Source: Octopus sinensis (lineage: Eukaryota). From it: a DNA stretch of 64,000 nucleotides. The stretch covers positions 179,800,001 through 179,864,000 of the forward strand of contig NC_042998.1 of assembly GCF_006345805.1 (NCBI RefSeq), in the 5' to 3' direction. The notes below the pieces were generated by a model. That model searched no databases and had not been told where the DNA came from. It was given only the letters and a program-made list of their open reading frames with translations. How positions within the stretch are numbered: position 1 is the first letter of the stretch; each line of letters starts with the position of its first letter. The translations under genes and the position numbers were made by a program. Shown here piece by piece: positions 1 through 12,974 of this stretch.

Positions 1-584
1 TGCTTGTTAACGCAAAACTATCCAGTTGATCAGTTAGGAAGATATTATCGAATAATCTTTTGTTAAGCACATTCAGAGCATCCTGTCATCTTTAATTAAG
101 AGATGAGTTTGTTACAGTAAGTATATGAAAATACGTTTATATGTTTTAGATCTTTCTATTTGATCCTTTCTACAACATATTTTATCTGATAAGCAACTCG
201 TGTTCTAATCTCGTGTTCCTTTATTCTCTCACTGGACAAGGATGCAAAGTGAAATAGATAAATGTTCATAGTCAGTTGTAAGAAGACCAATGACACCGAA
301 ATTGAGGAAGAGAGAGACACCAGCGGTTCCTCATTCTTAATTATAACATGACGCTAAAAGTATATGGATCCTCCGTCGGTTTCGACGATATGCATTCTAG
401 TTTTTCAATCAACAGAATAACATACAAATTGAATTATATAACAAAGAAATGGTTGAGTACTTCGCAGACACTTATTACCTTAAGGTAATCCGCACCCAGA
501 ACCATAATAGACATCATGATTCGCTTATCAATATATTTTCTGCTCAGAACTACATTTCGCTTCAATATTTCCTTCTTTTAATTT

Positions 585-1160
585 TTACTTTTTCAGTCAT
601 TTGACTGTGGCCATACTGGAGCACCGCCTTGAAATTTTAGTCGAATATATCAACCCTAATACTTATTTTGTATTTCTTTACTGCCCACAAGGGGCTACAC
701 ACAGAGGAGGCAAATAAGAACAAACAAACGGATTAAGTCGATTCCATCGACCCCAGTGCGTAACCGGTACTTAATTTATCGACACCGAAAGGATGAAAGG
801 CAAAGTCGACCTCGGTGGAATTTGAACTCAGAACGTAACGGCAGACGAAATACCGCTAAGCATTTCGCCCGGCGTGCTAACGTTTCTGCCAGCTGCCTAA
901 TACTTATCTTTTAAAAGTCTGGTACTTATTCTATAGGTCTCCTTTGCCGAACCGCTAAGTTGTAAAACCAGTTGGCAAGCGGTGGTGGAAGGACAAACAC
1001 AAACACGAAGACAAACGCACTTACGCAAGCGAGGACACACACACACACACAGATATATAAAAATACATGTACATATAGACGACGGGCTTCTTTTAGTTTC
1101 CGTTTACCAAATCCACTCAAAAGGCTTTGGTCGGCCCGAGACTAGAGTAAAAGACACATA
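585..1160 (-). mobile_element. SINE family A copy lacking its head, interrupted by a nested family B SINE
   Basis: Shares the blocks cagtcatttgactg.ggcca, ttgccgaaccgctaag and gggcttct...tttccgt.taccaaatccactca with other family A copies; interrupted at 667-895. Confidence 0.85.
667..895 (-). mobile_element. SINE family B nested inside a family A SINE, with 12-bp target-site duplication
   Basis: tRNA-like head (minus strand: TGGCAGAAACG A box, GAGTTCAAATTCC B box). CCTAATACTTAT is duplicated at 655-666 and 896-907. Confidence 0.9.
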
Positions 1161-1990
1161 TGTTTTAGAAACGTTACATATTTATATTAGTAGCATTCTT
1201 TGATGCCCCTCTACCCGCCCAACACTCTATACAAACTAGACTCATACGCGCACCTGGGTGTATTTTGATTTGCACCCCAAGAATATTCCTTCATCTATAA
1301 ATATCTGCAGAAATCATTTTTTGCGCACACGCACAAAAACATGCGCACGCGCACGCGCATGCGCATTTACTATATATATACACACATGCTTTCCCAGTCT
1401 TACCACTCCGTGACTTTAGAATTCTCTTCCGAACAACCAAATTTTTCCTGATCTATAATTGCTCAACCACCATCGATTACATCACTCTAGCAAGAAGCTA
1501 CGAAGGCCAAGGACACTGCTTCCTACACTTACTACTACTACTAGTACTGCTGCTGCTACTGCTGCTGCTGCTACTACTTCGACATGCGTTTTTTCTGACT
1601 TACTAAAACGAAAATATCATCATGCTTTGCACATCATCTGCGATAGTTCTACAGTGCGACTTACCTTGAAGCAGGAGAGAGGTGAGGCAACAACGTGTGT
1701 GCATGTGTATGCGTGTATGAAAGGGAGAAGAGGGAGTGTGGAAGAAATAAAAGAGTTGAGGTGTTACGACTGAAGAGTTGTAACAGCTACATAAGTAATC
1801 ATACGCAAAAACTAAAAAAACCATCGTATATGAATGACGCTGTGACATACGTCTGCCTGCCTGCCTGTTTGTCTTTCGCTGTCTGTCTGTAACATAACCG
1901 GAATGTAAGTTTGCAAAAGCATGTGCATAATACTCAGCTTTATCTAGTGAATATCTTTCCCCTTTTGTAAACAAAGATGTTCGCCGAAAC

Positions 1991-2053
<63 letters not shown>

Positions 2054-2148
2054 ATGCATATACATGCATACACACACTCACACATGCATATACATGCATA
2101 CACACACACATGCATGAATACACAATGCTATACACAATATGACATTAT

Positions 2149-2181
<33 letters not shown>

Positions 2182-2290
2182 GTAAATAGAAGCATTTATA
2201 TATGATGTATAGACTCTCTCCTACACACATATACACACGCAAACACAAACATACACACACACATAAATACAGCTATAATATAATATATTT

Positions 2291-2406
2291 GCCTGCTCGC
2301 TTAGCCAGCGGGGTGGCGTCATTCGAAGGCTAAAACAATGCGAACGCATTGTGACCAGCGATGTGTAACAACTTATGATGGTCTGGTCGGTCACGTGATC
2401 ACGTGA
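2291..2406. repeat. Short GC-richer repeat-like segment ending in the perfect 16-bp palindrome TCACGTGATCACGTGA
   Basis: The palindrome at 2391-2406 is read directly from the sequence. I recall the segment as a dispersed octopus repeat, but there is no second copy in this window. Confidence 0.45.
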
Positions 2407-2614
2407 TAATATAATATATATACTCAATGTATATATATAAATATTGATATAAATAATAATATATATAATAATCATATGTAATATAAATACATCTATCATA
2501 TAAAGATGTATTTTACATGTGCATGCGTATATACATATACAATATACATACACACACACACACACACACACGTATATATATATATATATATATTTTATTA
2601 TTTTTTTTTTTTTT

Positions 2615-3011
2615 TACTTGTTTCAGTCATTTGACTGCGGCCATGCTGGGGCACCACCTTTAGTCGAGCAAATCGACCCCGGGACTTATTCTTTGTAAGC
2701 CCAGTACTCATTCTATCGGTCTCTTTTGCCGAACCGCTAAGTGACGGGGACGTAAACACGCCAGCATCGGTTGTCAAGCAATGCTAGGGGGGACAAACAC
2801 AGACACACAAACATATACACACATATACATATATATATATATACATATATACGACAGGCTTCTTTCAGTTTCCGTCTACCAAATCCACTCACAAGGCTTT
2901 GGTCGGCCCGAGGCTATAGCAGAAGACACTTGCCCAAGATGCCACGCAGTGGGACTGAACCCGAAACCATGTGGTTGGTAGACAGGCTACTTACCACACA
3001 GCCACTCCTGC
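2615..3011 (-). mobile_element. SINE family A, full length (tRNA-derived head, internal TA/CA microsatellite)
   Basis: Minus-strand head gcaggagtggctgtgtggtaag...gggttcagtccc (A/B boxes); collinear with copies at 9576, 12543, 35669, 39143, 55545 and 58690. Confidence 0.92.
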
Positions 3012-3033
3012 ATACAAAATACATACAAAATAT

Positions 3034-3064
<31 letters not shown>

Positions 3065-3156
3065 GCGTGCGTATATTTAGATAATATCATATAATATATA
3101 TTATATACATATCTATTTTAAAATATGTATACTAAATATATTAATGTATACGCATG

Positions 3157-3191
<35 letters not shown>

Positions 3192-3472
3192 TGTGTGTGT
3201 GTGTGTGTGTGCGTGCGCGTGCACAATATATACATACACACATACGCACACACTCACGCACACGCGTAAAATGTTTGTACGCACTTGAATGTACAAACTG
3301 CATAAACAACAACAAGCAGACGATGTTGGCGTTATTGTATCGTCGGGCTTCTTGCTAGAAATAGCAGTCAAGTCTCTCAAATAGCTTGCTGTCCGTCTTA
3401 GAGAGAGCAAAACCACACTAGTGATGTCCTTTATACAAACAAACATGCATGCATACATACACACACGCAATA

Positions 3473-3527
<55 letters not shown>

Positions 3528-4034
3528 CATAACATACATAAATATTATATATATAATATATATATAATATATACATATATATATACACATACAACATACA
3601 TAAATATATAATATATATATATACATATATAATATATATACACATACATACATACATATATATATATATATACATATATATAATATATATATATATATAC
3701 ATTATCTATATATATATATGTATATATATATAGATACATACATATACATAATACATATGTATATATATATTATACATACATATACATATATACTATTACA
3801 TATATATATATACATATACATATATACACATATATATATACATATACATATATAAATATATTATATACATATACATATAAACATATATATATATATAATA
3901 TATACATACATACATACACACATGCATGCATACATACACACACATGCATGCATACATACACACATGCATGCATACATAACACACACACAAATACCAACAC
4001 ACACCCCACACACACAAACACACACACACAAACA

Positions 4035-4071
<37 letters not shown>

Positions 4072-5728
4072 ATGTGCTAAAATAACAGAATGTTCACGGT
4101 CGGAACGCCTTTGATCATAAGTCTGCTAGTTCAGGGCTGACCTGATGAAGTTAATCAACAACATCAAATACAGAAATAATGATTTTTCTTACATTAGCTT
4201 GAAGATCACACAATTTTTTTTTAAACGGTGTGTGTGGAGGGTAGGTGCAGTCGATAGAACGAACCCCAGCGCACAAAGAATAATTCATTTATTGATCAAG
4301 GTGCGATTTTTATGTGTTGGAATGGTGTCTGTGATGAAATTAAATACTAAAGAAAGTACTCAAAAACGAGAATGCAAGGAGAGACTCGTTGTTGGTGTAC
4401 AAGGGCAAAAAATCAATTCCATAAAGTCGGTAATTAAGAAATAATGTTAGTGTGTCGTGAGAGAAAACAATTCTAACTTTCCTTTAAAGAACTGCCTCTT
4501 GTAAGAATTTTAGCATCAACAGTTTCTGTCATTTAATCGAATTAATAATGGTTTTTTCAAACTTTGGCACATCGTCGCAAAGTTTGGCTGAAGTATAAGT
4601 TTATCGTTTCAGATAGATCAACATATACGACCGGCGAGTGAGGTTGCGTAGACAAGTGGTTAGGGTTGTTTGCACGCGGGATCGATCGTGGTTTCGGTTT
4701 TCTGGAGCGGACGACGCGTTGTGTTCTTGAGCAAAACACTTCTGCCATTACTTCGACATTTAACGTGTGACACTCTGCGAACCTACCTGTACTAGAAACG
4801 TTATCTGATGCAGAGAGTGATCTCATATACTACACAGGCTTTTGATCTCTGTAAACAAATTATCAGTGCTGGTTATTCAGCAAGAAATTGCTGAACCGTC
4901 TCTCTCTCGGATTATTATTATTATTATTATTATTTCCTAATCGATTTTGTTTGAAGAGGATGTGAATCCCTGTGGCTAATTAAAGAATGAATTATTATTA
5001 TTATTATCATTATCATTATTATTAATTTCTTTTTCCTAATCGATTTTGTCTGAAGAGAAATGACATTAGACACGACCCTTTTTCAACTATTCAAATGCTG
5101 GTCGGTGGATGAGAGAAAGCTGTCCTGAAACCGGAAATGGAACCCTAATGCATGCAACAGAGAGAACTCCGCTAAAGGCACTCAAGACTCAGCTAGTGGT
5201 GATGAGACTGGTGACGGATTAAATCTATCCTCAAAGGCTAAGTCGACCTCGAACATTAATTCAGCGTTCGGCTAATTACACAGATTATGAGAAGCACAAG
5301 GCCACGAATTTCGAGTAAAGGATGGGCGGGGGACCAATTTAATCGATACCTGTGATTGATTTGTACGTTATTTCACCGACTCCATGAGGGTAAAAATCAA
5401 ATCTGCCCTCAGTAGGATTTGAACTCGGAATGTATAAGATAATTTAAGAGTAGAAATTGGTACGTTAGATTTTAATTTGTGAGTCAGTGTGGTTGGTGCA
5501 AGCAAAGAACTGAAGAAATTGTTTACTTGGATCAGAAAGGAAAGAATAATCCGGGAAGTTCTGTATTCAAACTAGGAACTGATGGGAAATGTATGGGAAG
5601 GAGCTTAATAATAGGACGAGGGGAAATGAATCCTTCTCATCCTAGGTTGTGGTCCGATAAGGAAGCATAATCAAACCAGTTACGGCATCAATAACTTCAA
5701 ACAACTAAAGTAATGATGATGATGATGG

Positions 5729-5779
<51 letters not shown>

Positions 5780-6095
5780 CGATGATGATGATGATGATAA
5801 GAGTCAAAATAATAATGACGATGATTTCTTTTTATGAGTAATAGTAATAACAGGAATGGCAATAATAGCCACAATAGTTCCGACTTGAGGAATAGTAACA
5901 AACAAATTATTCAAAGTGATATTTTGTAGAATTGATTAAGCTAAAATAAAAATAAAAAATAAAAAAAGGAAAAGAAAAAAAAGAAGAAATTCTAATATAA
6001 AACGTAACAAATAAACAAGAATAACTCGTAAAAGAAAATGAACAACAACAACCGTTACAAAATTTACGGCCTCATCTTTAACTGCACTTATCGCC

Positions 6096-6128
<33 letters not shown>

Positions 6129-6969
6129 AGATTGCATACTTCAAATCTAATATCATCAGCAATTGGCAACCTCGTCGTCGACATCATCATTATCATCATT
6201 AAAAATTTGCTATAAATTAAGCATCATCATTTTCAGTAGCAATCACGTCATATTCCCACCGTGACCACCACCACCACCACCACCACCACCACCATCATGC
6301 ACACACAATCCGTTACAACACATCCATCAACATCATCATTACCAACAAAAATTCACCACCACCACCACCACCTTTGCAAAAACAACAATAGTAACAATTA
6401 TTACAACCTTATCAGCTGCCAGACTTCCATTATCAACAACAACATCAACATCAACAATACATCATCATCATCATCATCATCACTGGCAGCATTAATCATA
6501 GCAACAACAACAGCAACAACAACAACAACAACCATATTCAAACCACTAAAACCAAATTACGAAGCTGAACTTCATGTTATAGTGATTTCTCATTAAATTG
6601 GCTTCAGGAGTATCATTGTTTACTCAAGTATGTCAAATGAAAACTAATTCCTAGTTACCGAAGCGTACCATTATTTTCACCGTCATTATTATACTCATTC
6701 AGTCATAATATTGATCTCCAGCATAGGCACAAGGACACATATTTTATTTAAAAGTGAAGTAAATAGTCGGATTTAGTCGACCCCCCCCCCAACTCCTCCA
6801 GTACTTGATCAGTATTTTATTCGATCGACCGAGAAAGTGATGGAAAGTAAATTTGGACTGGGCGGGATTTGAACCTAGAAGGTAAAATGACAAGTAAATA
6901 AATGCAAGACATTGACAGCAACGATCTACTGTTTCTGCTAAACCACAGCTTTCCAGTCATATATACATA

Positions 6970-7207
6970 TTTTCTTATTTCTTTATTGCCCACAAGGGGC
7001 TAAACATAGAGGGGACAGACAAGGACAGACAAACGGATTAAGTAGATTACATCGACCCCAGTGCGTAACTGGTACTTAATTTATCGACCCCCAAAGGATG
7101 AAAAGCAAAGTCGACTTCGGCGGAATTTGAACTCAGAACGTAACGGCAGACGAAATACGGCTACGCATTTCACCTGGCGTGCTAACGTTTCTGCCAGCTC
7201 GCCGCCT
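6970..7207 (-). mobile_element. SINE family B, full length
   Basis: Near-identical to 667-895 and 36887-37119; head aggcggcgagctggcagaaacgttagc on the minus strand; AAGAAAT-type tail. Confidence 0.92.
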
Positions 7208-8784
7208 TCTCTCTACCCTTCATATGCCTTATGCAAGAAGTACTCGGTGGGTCGGTTCTCCCTCTTTCACTCCTTCCCTCCTCTCTCTCTTTCTCTCACT
7301 CTCGTTCTTTCTCTTTCTGACTGTTTTCTGTGATGATTGTCGACGTGCTAAATACCTACACTTCACACGCCTCCAGTGGGGTTCTGCTTGATAACGGAAA
7401 AGGACATAACACAATAATTTAAGACATTTTAACCCCACGATCTACTGGTTCTGCTTTCTGCCAACAGAATAACAACACCAAGAAAAACAACAAAAGCAAG
7501 GGTTTCTTATTTAGACATAAGGGCGGCAATTTTAAGAAAAAGAATTAATCGATACTTTCAACGCCCAGTACTTGACTTATATTTTATTTTACTGACTCTA
7601 GAGGAATGAAAGACGAATGTGAACTTGGTGGGATTTTAAATTAAAATGCAAAGCGTCATAACCAAAAAAGAAAACGTATGACATTTTTTCCAACACTTGA
7701 ATGCTTCAGTAGTCTTTCCATACAGTTCAGCAATTGTTCGACACAAACTTACATGCAAGTGAGACAAAGGCAATTGAACGTCTATAAAACAGTTTCGTCA
7801 ATCCTACGGCATGTCAAACTTGCTCGGTTGTTTACATTGCATTCCATTACAGCTTGTCATAATGCGCCAGAGCACTTCGGTACCACTTTGAGATCAAGCG
7901 TTTTCTTTTTTGAGTTATTCGATATTTTCAATCTGAAAGTCTTTTTTGAAGTGCCTACATAATGTGTCATCGTCGGCGCACCCAGTTCATCATCTCTCAT
8001 CTCTCCTTAACCCACTATAGAAAGCAGCAATTATTGTCCAACCTAGTGCACTAACTAGACAGTGAAACACTAGAAGTGCCTGATAACGCACCAGACACCA
8101 CACCATCCTTCTTCTATGCTTGATCTAAGAGTAAAAGCCTCTCAAATATACACAAACTGAAGGAAAGCCTTCTTCAAAAATTAATGCTACTTCAGTGTTA
8201 TCTTATATCTGTGTCCGCAACATACATCTGCACACCATCAAAGCAGCCAAGTCTGGCTACAAGAGGCAAACGCATCTGCACATGACACTGCCCTCTTCTG
8301 TCCCAACTCAAGAGAAATTCCTCTCAAAACGCCCTACACTTGAAAAAGAATTTCTGTAATAATGGCTTCATATTTCGGCGCAAAGAAAGAGGTTAATGGA
8401 CGCGACGACCTCAATATATAACTGGTACTTTATTTTATCGATGGCGAAAAGATGAAAGATAAATTTGACCTCGGTGGAATTTAAATTCATAACGTTAAAG
8501 AGCCGGTGTAAATATCACAAGTCACTTTCTCCGACACCCTAACGATTCTGCCATTTCGATATCTTGCAGATTCCAATAAATAATACGAACAAAAATGCTG
8601 AGTGTGTACATGCATACTGAACAGGGCACCTGATGCCTAACGGCTTTGACTAGCTGCCATTATATTATTTCCAAAAATACATCATTCAGGTGGCATCCGA
8701 TGCTTGAAGACTGACCCAAAACTGATGTTAAGTCTGCACATTTACTTCATTCCGATAGTCTCTACTCTGATGAAAGCTTTAGAT

Positions 8785-9054
8785 CTACGGTTCTCAACCG
8801 GGGTCTATATGGCTCTTGAGGGTCCATATAAGATGTTGTTGCTAAAATTTATGTGCAATAAACTGGTTGTACATAAACTACAGTACATAACATATTTTTA
8901 AAACACTTTTAATAACATTTTTATACATTTCCTAATAATATTTAATCAAAAAACACAACAGATTTTAGACAGCGAATAGCTATGAGGGTCCCACCTCCCC
9001 GTGTAAAATAGGAATCAAATGGGTCCATAGGCAAAAAATGGTTGAGAATCACTG
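8785..9054. mobile_element. hAT-superfamily MITE (270 bp) with 8-bp target-site duplication
   Basis: Terminal inverted repeats CTACGGTTCTCAACC / GGTTGAGAATCACTG. CTTTAGAT is duplicated at 8777-8784 and 9055-9062; an 8-bp TSD is the hAT hallmark. Confidence 0.88.
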
Positions 9055-9575
9055 CTTTAGATTAAACCAAATAAACCAGGGTCTTACTGAAGGTAGATTT
9101 AGTACTTCCGCTCACCACCGGGTGTCGGAAGAAGTGGATAAGGTTTTAGATAGACTTGTTCAGACTTCGATGAATTAAACAAAATTTAGCTGAAATGGTC
9201 GATTTCATCGATGTCTTTACTTGACAGGTGTTTATTTCATCGACCCCGAAAAGGAGGGAACACTAAGTAAAAGGATGTAACTAAATATCATAATTTACTG
9301 TCCGAATAGTAATGATTTCTGCAAAGAGACAGAGTGGCAACAACCGATTATATCGATCTCGTAGTATTGATAAGTTCGCCTTTGATCAAGCAAGAGTGAA
9401 AAACAAGTTTGACTCTGACAATATTTGAACAGAGAAAGTGGTGAGACGTAACAAAGTGCGGCAAAGTATTTTGTCCATCATTTAAATAAGTCCATTATTT
9501 ATACTGACATCTGATTTCGTTTAATTGAAGTACTAGATACTTGGATACCTCTTCAGGTATTCATTATCAAATATT

Positions 9576-9782
9576 CTCTTTTACTCTTTTACTTGTTTCA
9601 GTCATGTGACTGTGGCCATGCCGGAGCACCGCCTTTACTCGAGCAAATCGACCCCAGGACATATTCTTTGTAAGCCTAGTACTTATTCTATCTGTCTCTT
9701 TTGCCGAGCCGCTAAGTTACGGGAACGTAAGCACACCAGCATCGGTTGTCAAGCGATGTTGGGGGAACAAACACAGACACAG

Positions 9783-9854
<72 letters not shown>

Positions 9855-10024
9855 TCACATATACGACGGGCTTCTTTCAGTTTCCGTCCACCAAATCCCC
9901 TCACAAGGCTTTGGTCGGCCCGAGGCTATAGTAGAAGACACTTGCCCAAGGTACCACGCAGTGGGACTGAACCCGGAACCATGTAGTTGGTAAGCAAGCT
10001 AATTACCACACAGCCATTCCTGCA
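9576..10024 (-). mobile_element. SINE family A, full length, with expanded internal (CA)n
   Basis: Collinear with the 2615-3011 copy; tail (tactctt)n at 9576-9592. Confidence 0.92.
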
Positions 10025-10149
10025 CCTAAATATGTTAAAACTTTACACATACATACATACACAGACGCACTTACACTCAAGCAAACATATATTTATAAAT
10101 GCATGTTTCATGACTGAAACAAGTAAAGAATAATAATAATGATAATAAT

Positions 10150-10365
10150 AACCTTTTCTACTATAGACACAAAGCCTTGAAATTTTTGGGGAGGGAACTA
10201 GTCGATTAAATCGACCCCGGTATTTGATTGGTACTTAATTTATCGACCCCGAAAGAATGAACGGCAAGGTCGACCTCGGCGGAATTTGAACTCAAAACGC
10301 GAAAGCAGACGAAATCACATTAAGCATTTTGCCCGGCGTGTTAACGATTCTGCCTGCTCGCTGCC

Positions 10366-10366
<1 letters not shown>
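10150..10366 (-). mobile_element. SINE family B variant (head and central block, different 3' part)
   Basis: Head and the aaaggatgaa.ggcaa.gtcgacctcggcggaatttgaactc block are shared; abuts (AAT)n at 10367-10445. Confidence 0.8.
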
Positions 10367-10450
<84 letters not shown>

Positions 10451-10524
10451 CAACAACAATAGTAGTAGTAGTATATAAATGTACACATAGAGAAATACTT
10501 TTACAAGCGTTTATAAAGGATTTG

Positions 10525-10572
<48 letters not shown>

Positions 10573-11004
10573 AATGTGCGTGTGCGTGCGCGCATGTGTA
10601 TGCATGTGTGTGTGCGTGCGCGTGTGCGTGCATGTATATATACATACATATATATATATATAAGAATATTTGCATGCATATATGCATGCAAATATTCTTT
10701 ACATACATACATGTATATATGTATATATATATTTATATATATATATATATGTATATATATATACGTGTATATATATATGTATATATATATATTATTCTGT
10801 GTGTGTGTATATATATATATTTATATATATAATCTGTGTGTATATATATATACGGTCCCGTTCCACATTGCCAAATTTGACCCGGAGGCCCTGAGGATGT
10901 ACGTTTGTGTGTGTATGTGTGTGTGTGTGCGTGTGTGCATGTAGACACATATTACATACATACATACTATATATACACACGTATTTATATACATGTACAG
11001 CCAG

Positions 11005-11036
<32 letters not shown>

Positions 11037-11737
11037 ATGTACATATGTAAATGCGTATATATATGTGTGTGTATGTGTGTATGTATATGTATGTATATAT
11101 ATACACACACATATACGTGCATATATCATGTATATGTATATTCATTCGACCAGGCATGAAAGTTCTATACTTAATTAAAGGGGTGACTGAGAAATATGAT
11201 GCCATAGGCCTTCAAAGAATATTATGAGGACTTGTTATATGAAATGTCTTCAACGGGCGTTTGAAACCGTACTCTAGTCTCGATGTTGGCACTCGCTCCA
11301 CGGGACTAAATTTGCACGCTTCTCTGTATCTATTATTAAAAGCTTACTTTTTATTTATTTAAGTGGCCTTCATATTCCTGTATTTAAATCAAAAGATACC
11401 GAAATAGTTTGAACATTTCTTACGCAATCTGCTGTCAATATTTTCCAGCTTTCAAATTTCCCGCCACGGAGAAGAGACTGTTTATAATGTTCAACATGAT
11501 GTTCAGTTTTCGACTACCTAAGATGTGATGCATGGCTAACGAAGACGATAAAAAGTAATTTGATTGATAATTTGAACTTCATCGAGCCCATGGAATCCGA
11601 AATAAAGGCCTCACCCCAAAATAGTGTTTATCGTATATAGAAAAAAATTAACTCTCTCTCCCCTCCTCAGGTGCGTGAAATTATTAGTTTTGTTTTCCCG
11701 AAAAACTACCAATCTATACAAAAAAAAAAAAGCTGTA

Positions 11738-12215
11738 GGCGCAGGTGTGGTTGTGTGGTAAGATGTTTGCTTCCCAACCATATGGTCCCGGGTTCAGTCC
11801 CATTGCATGGCACCTTGGTTCAAGTGTCTGTTATTATAGAATCGGGCCGACTAAAACTTTGTGAATGTATTTTGTAGACGGAAATTGAAAGAAACCCGTC
11901 ACATGTGTGTGAATGTGTGTGTGTGTGTGTGTGTGTGGTGTATAAATGTGTGTGTGCGTGTATAAATGTGTGTGTGCGTGTGTGAGTGTGTGTGTGTATA
12001 CATGTCTGTGTATGTCGTCGTGTTTGTTCCCCACCATCGTTTGACAACCGATGGTGGTGTTTACGCCTCCATAACTTAGCGGTTCGGTACATGAGGTCAA
12101 TAGAATAAGTACCAGACCAAAAAGATTATAAGCACTGGAGTTGATTCGTTCGACGCAAATCCTTCAGGGCAGTGCCCCAGCATGGACACAGTCGAATAAG
12201 TGAAAGAAGTAGAAA
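11738..12215 (+). mobile_element. SINE family A, diverged copy
   Basis: Head ggcgcaggtgtggttgtgtggtaag...gggttcagtccc followed by the same block order as other copies. Confidence 0.85.
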
Positions 12216-12542
12216 ATAAAAGAAATCTCAACTTTGCATGACTTAAAAAAAGGCAGAACAAAAATTAACAAGCTATTTGTTATCAAAATTTACACATCGG
12301 TGTGTAATAACATTGAAGATATGTATACAGACCCCGTACGGCAATAAATGTAATATTTTGTCCCAGAGAAACTTCTCAAAGAGACTTGTATTAAAAGAAC
12401 AGGGCTCCGCTCAGAACATTATAAATATATCCATCGGTATCTTTAATTTCAGACTGTTTCATGCGCTGTTATTTATCAAAATTATATTTTACAATAAAAG
12501 GATTTTAAGAAATTGTTTTAGAAAAAAAAATAGCAGTATATA

Positions 12543-12707
12543 GGCGTAAGAGTGGCTGTGTGGTAAGTAGCTTGCTTATGAACCACATGGTTCTGGGTTC
12601 AGTCCCACTGCGTGGCACCTTGGGCAAGTGTCTTCTACTAAAGCCTCGGGCCGATCAAAGCCTTGTGAGTGGATTTGGTAGACGGAAACTGAAAGAAGCC
12701 CGTCGTA

Positions 12708-12762
<55 letters not shown>

Positions 12763-12974
12763 GTGTTTGTGAGTCTGTGTTTGTCCCCCCGGTGTCGCTT
12801 GACAACCAATGCTGGTGTGTTTACGTCCCTGTAACTTAGCAGTTCGGCAAAATAGACCGATAGAATAAGTACCAGGCTTCCAAAGAATAAGTACTGGGGT
12901 CGATTTGCTCGACTAAAGGCGGTGTTCCAGCATGGCCGCAGTCAAATGACCGAAACAAGTAAAAGAGTACAAGA
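12543..12974 (+). mobile_element. SINE family A, full length
   Basis: A/B-box head, internal (TA)n(TG)n, 3' end gaccgaaacaagtaaaagagt. Confidence 0.92.

Noticed and set aside
2771-3094. Recurrent peptide MSSNARG...RLPNPLTR.WSARGYSRRHLPK at several loci, resembling a gene family
   Set aside because: It is the antisense translation of SINE family A.
7640-7930. Candidate FREM exon 2 (acceptor near 7935, donor near 7750 on minus)
   Set aside because: The phase-1 continuation hits an immediate stop and no frame resembles a CSPG or Calx-beta sequence.
11170-11660. Possible mariner/Tc1 remnant
   Set aside because: Only a 7-bp GGGGTGA inverted match and no convincing transposase motif.
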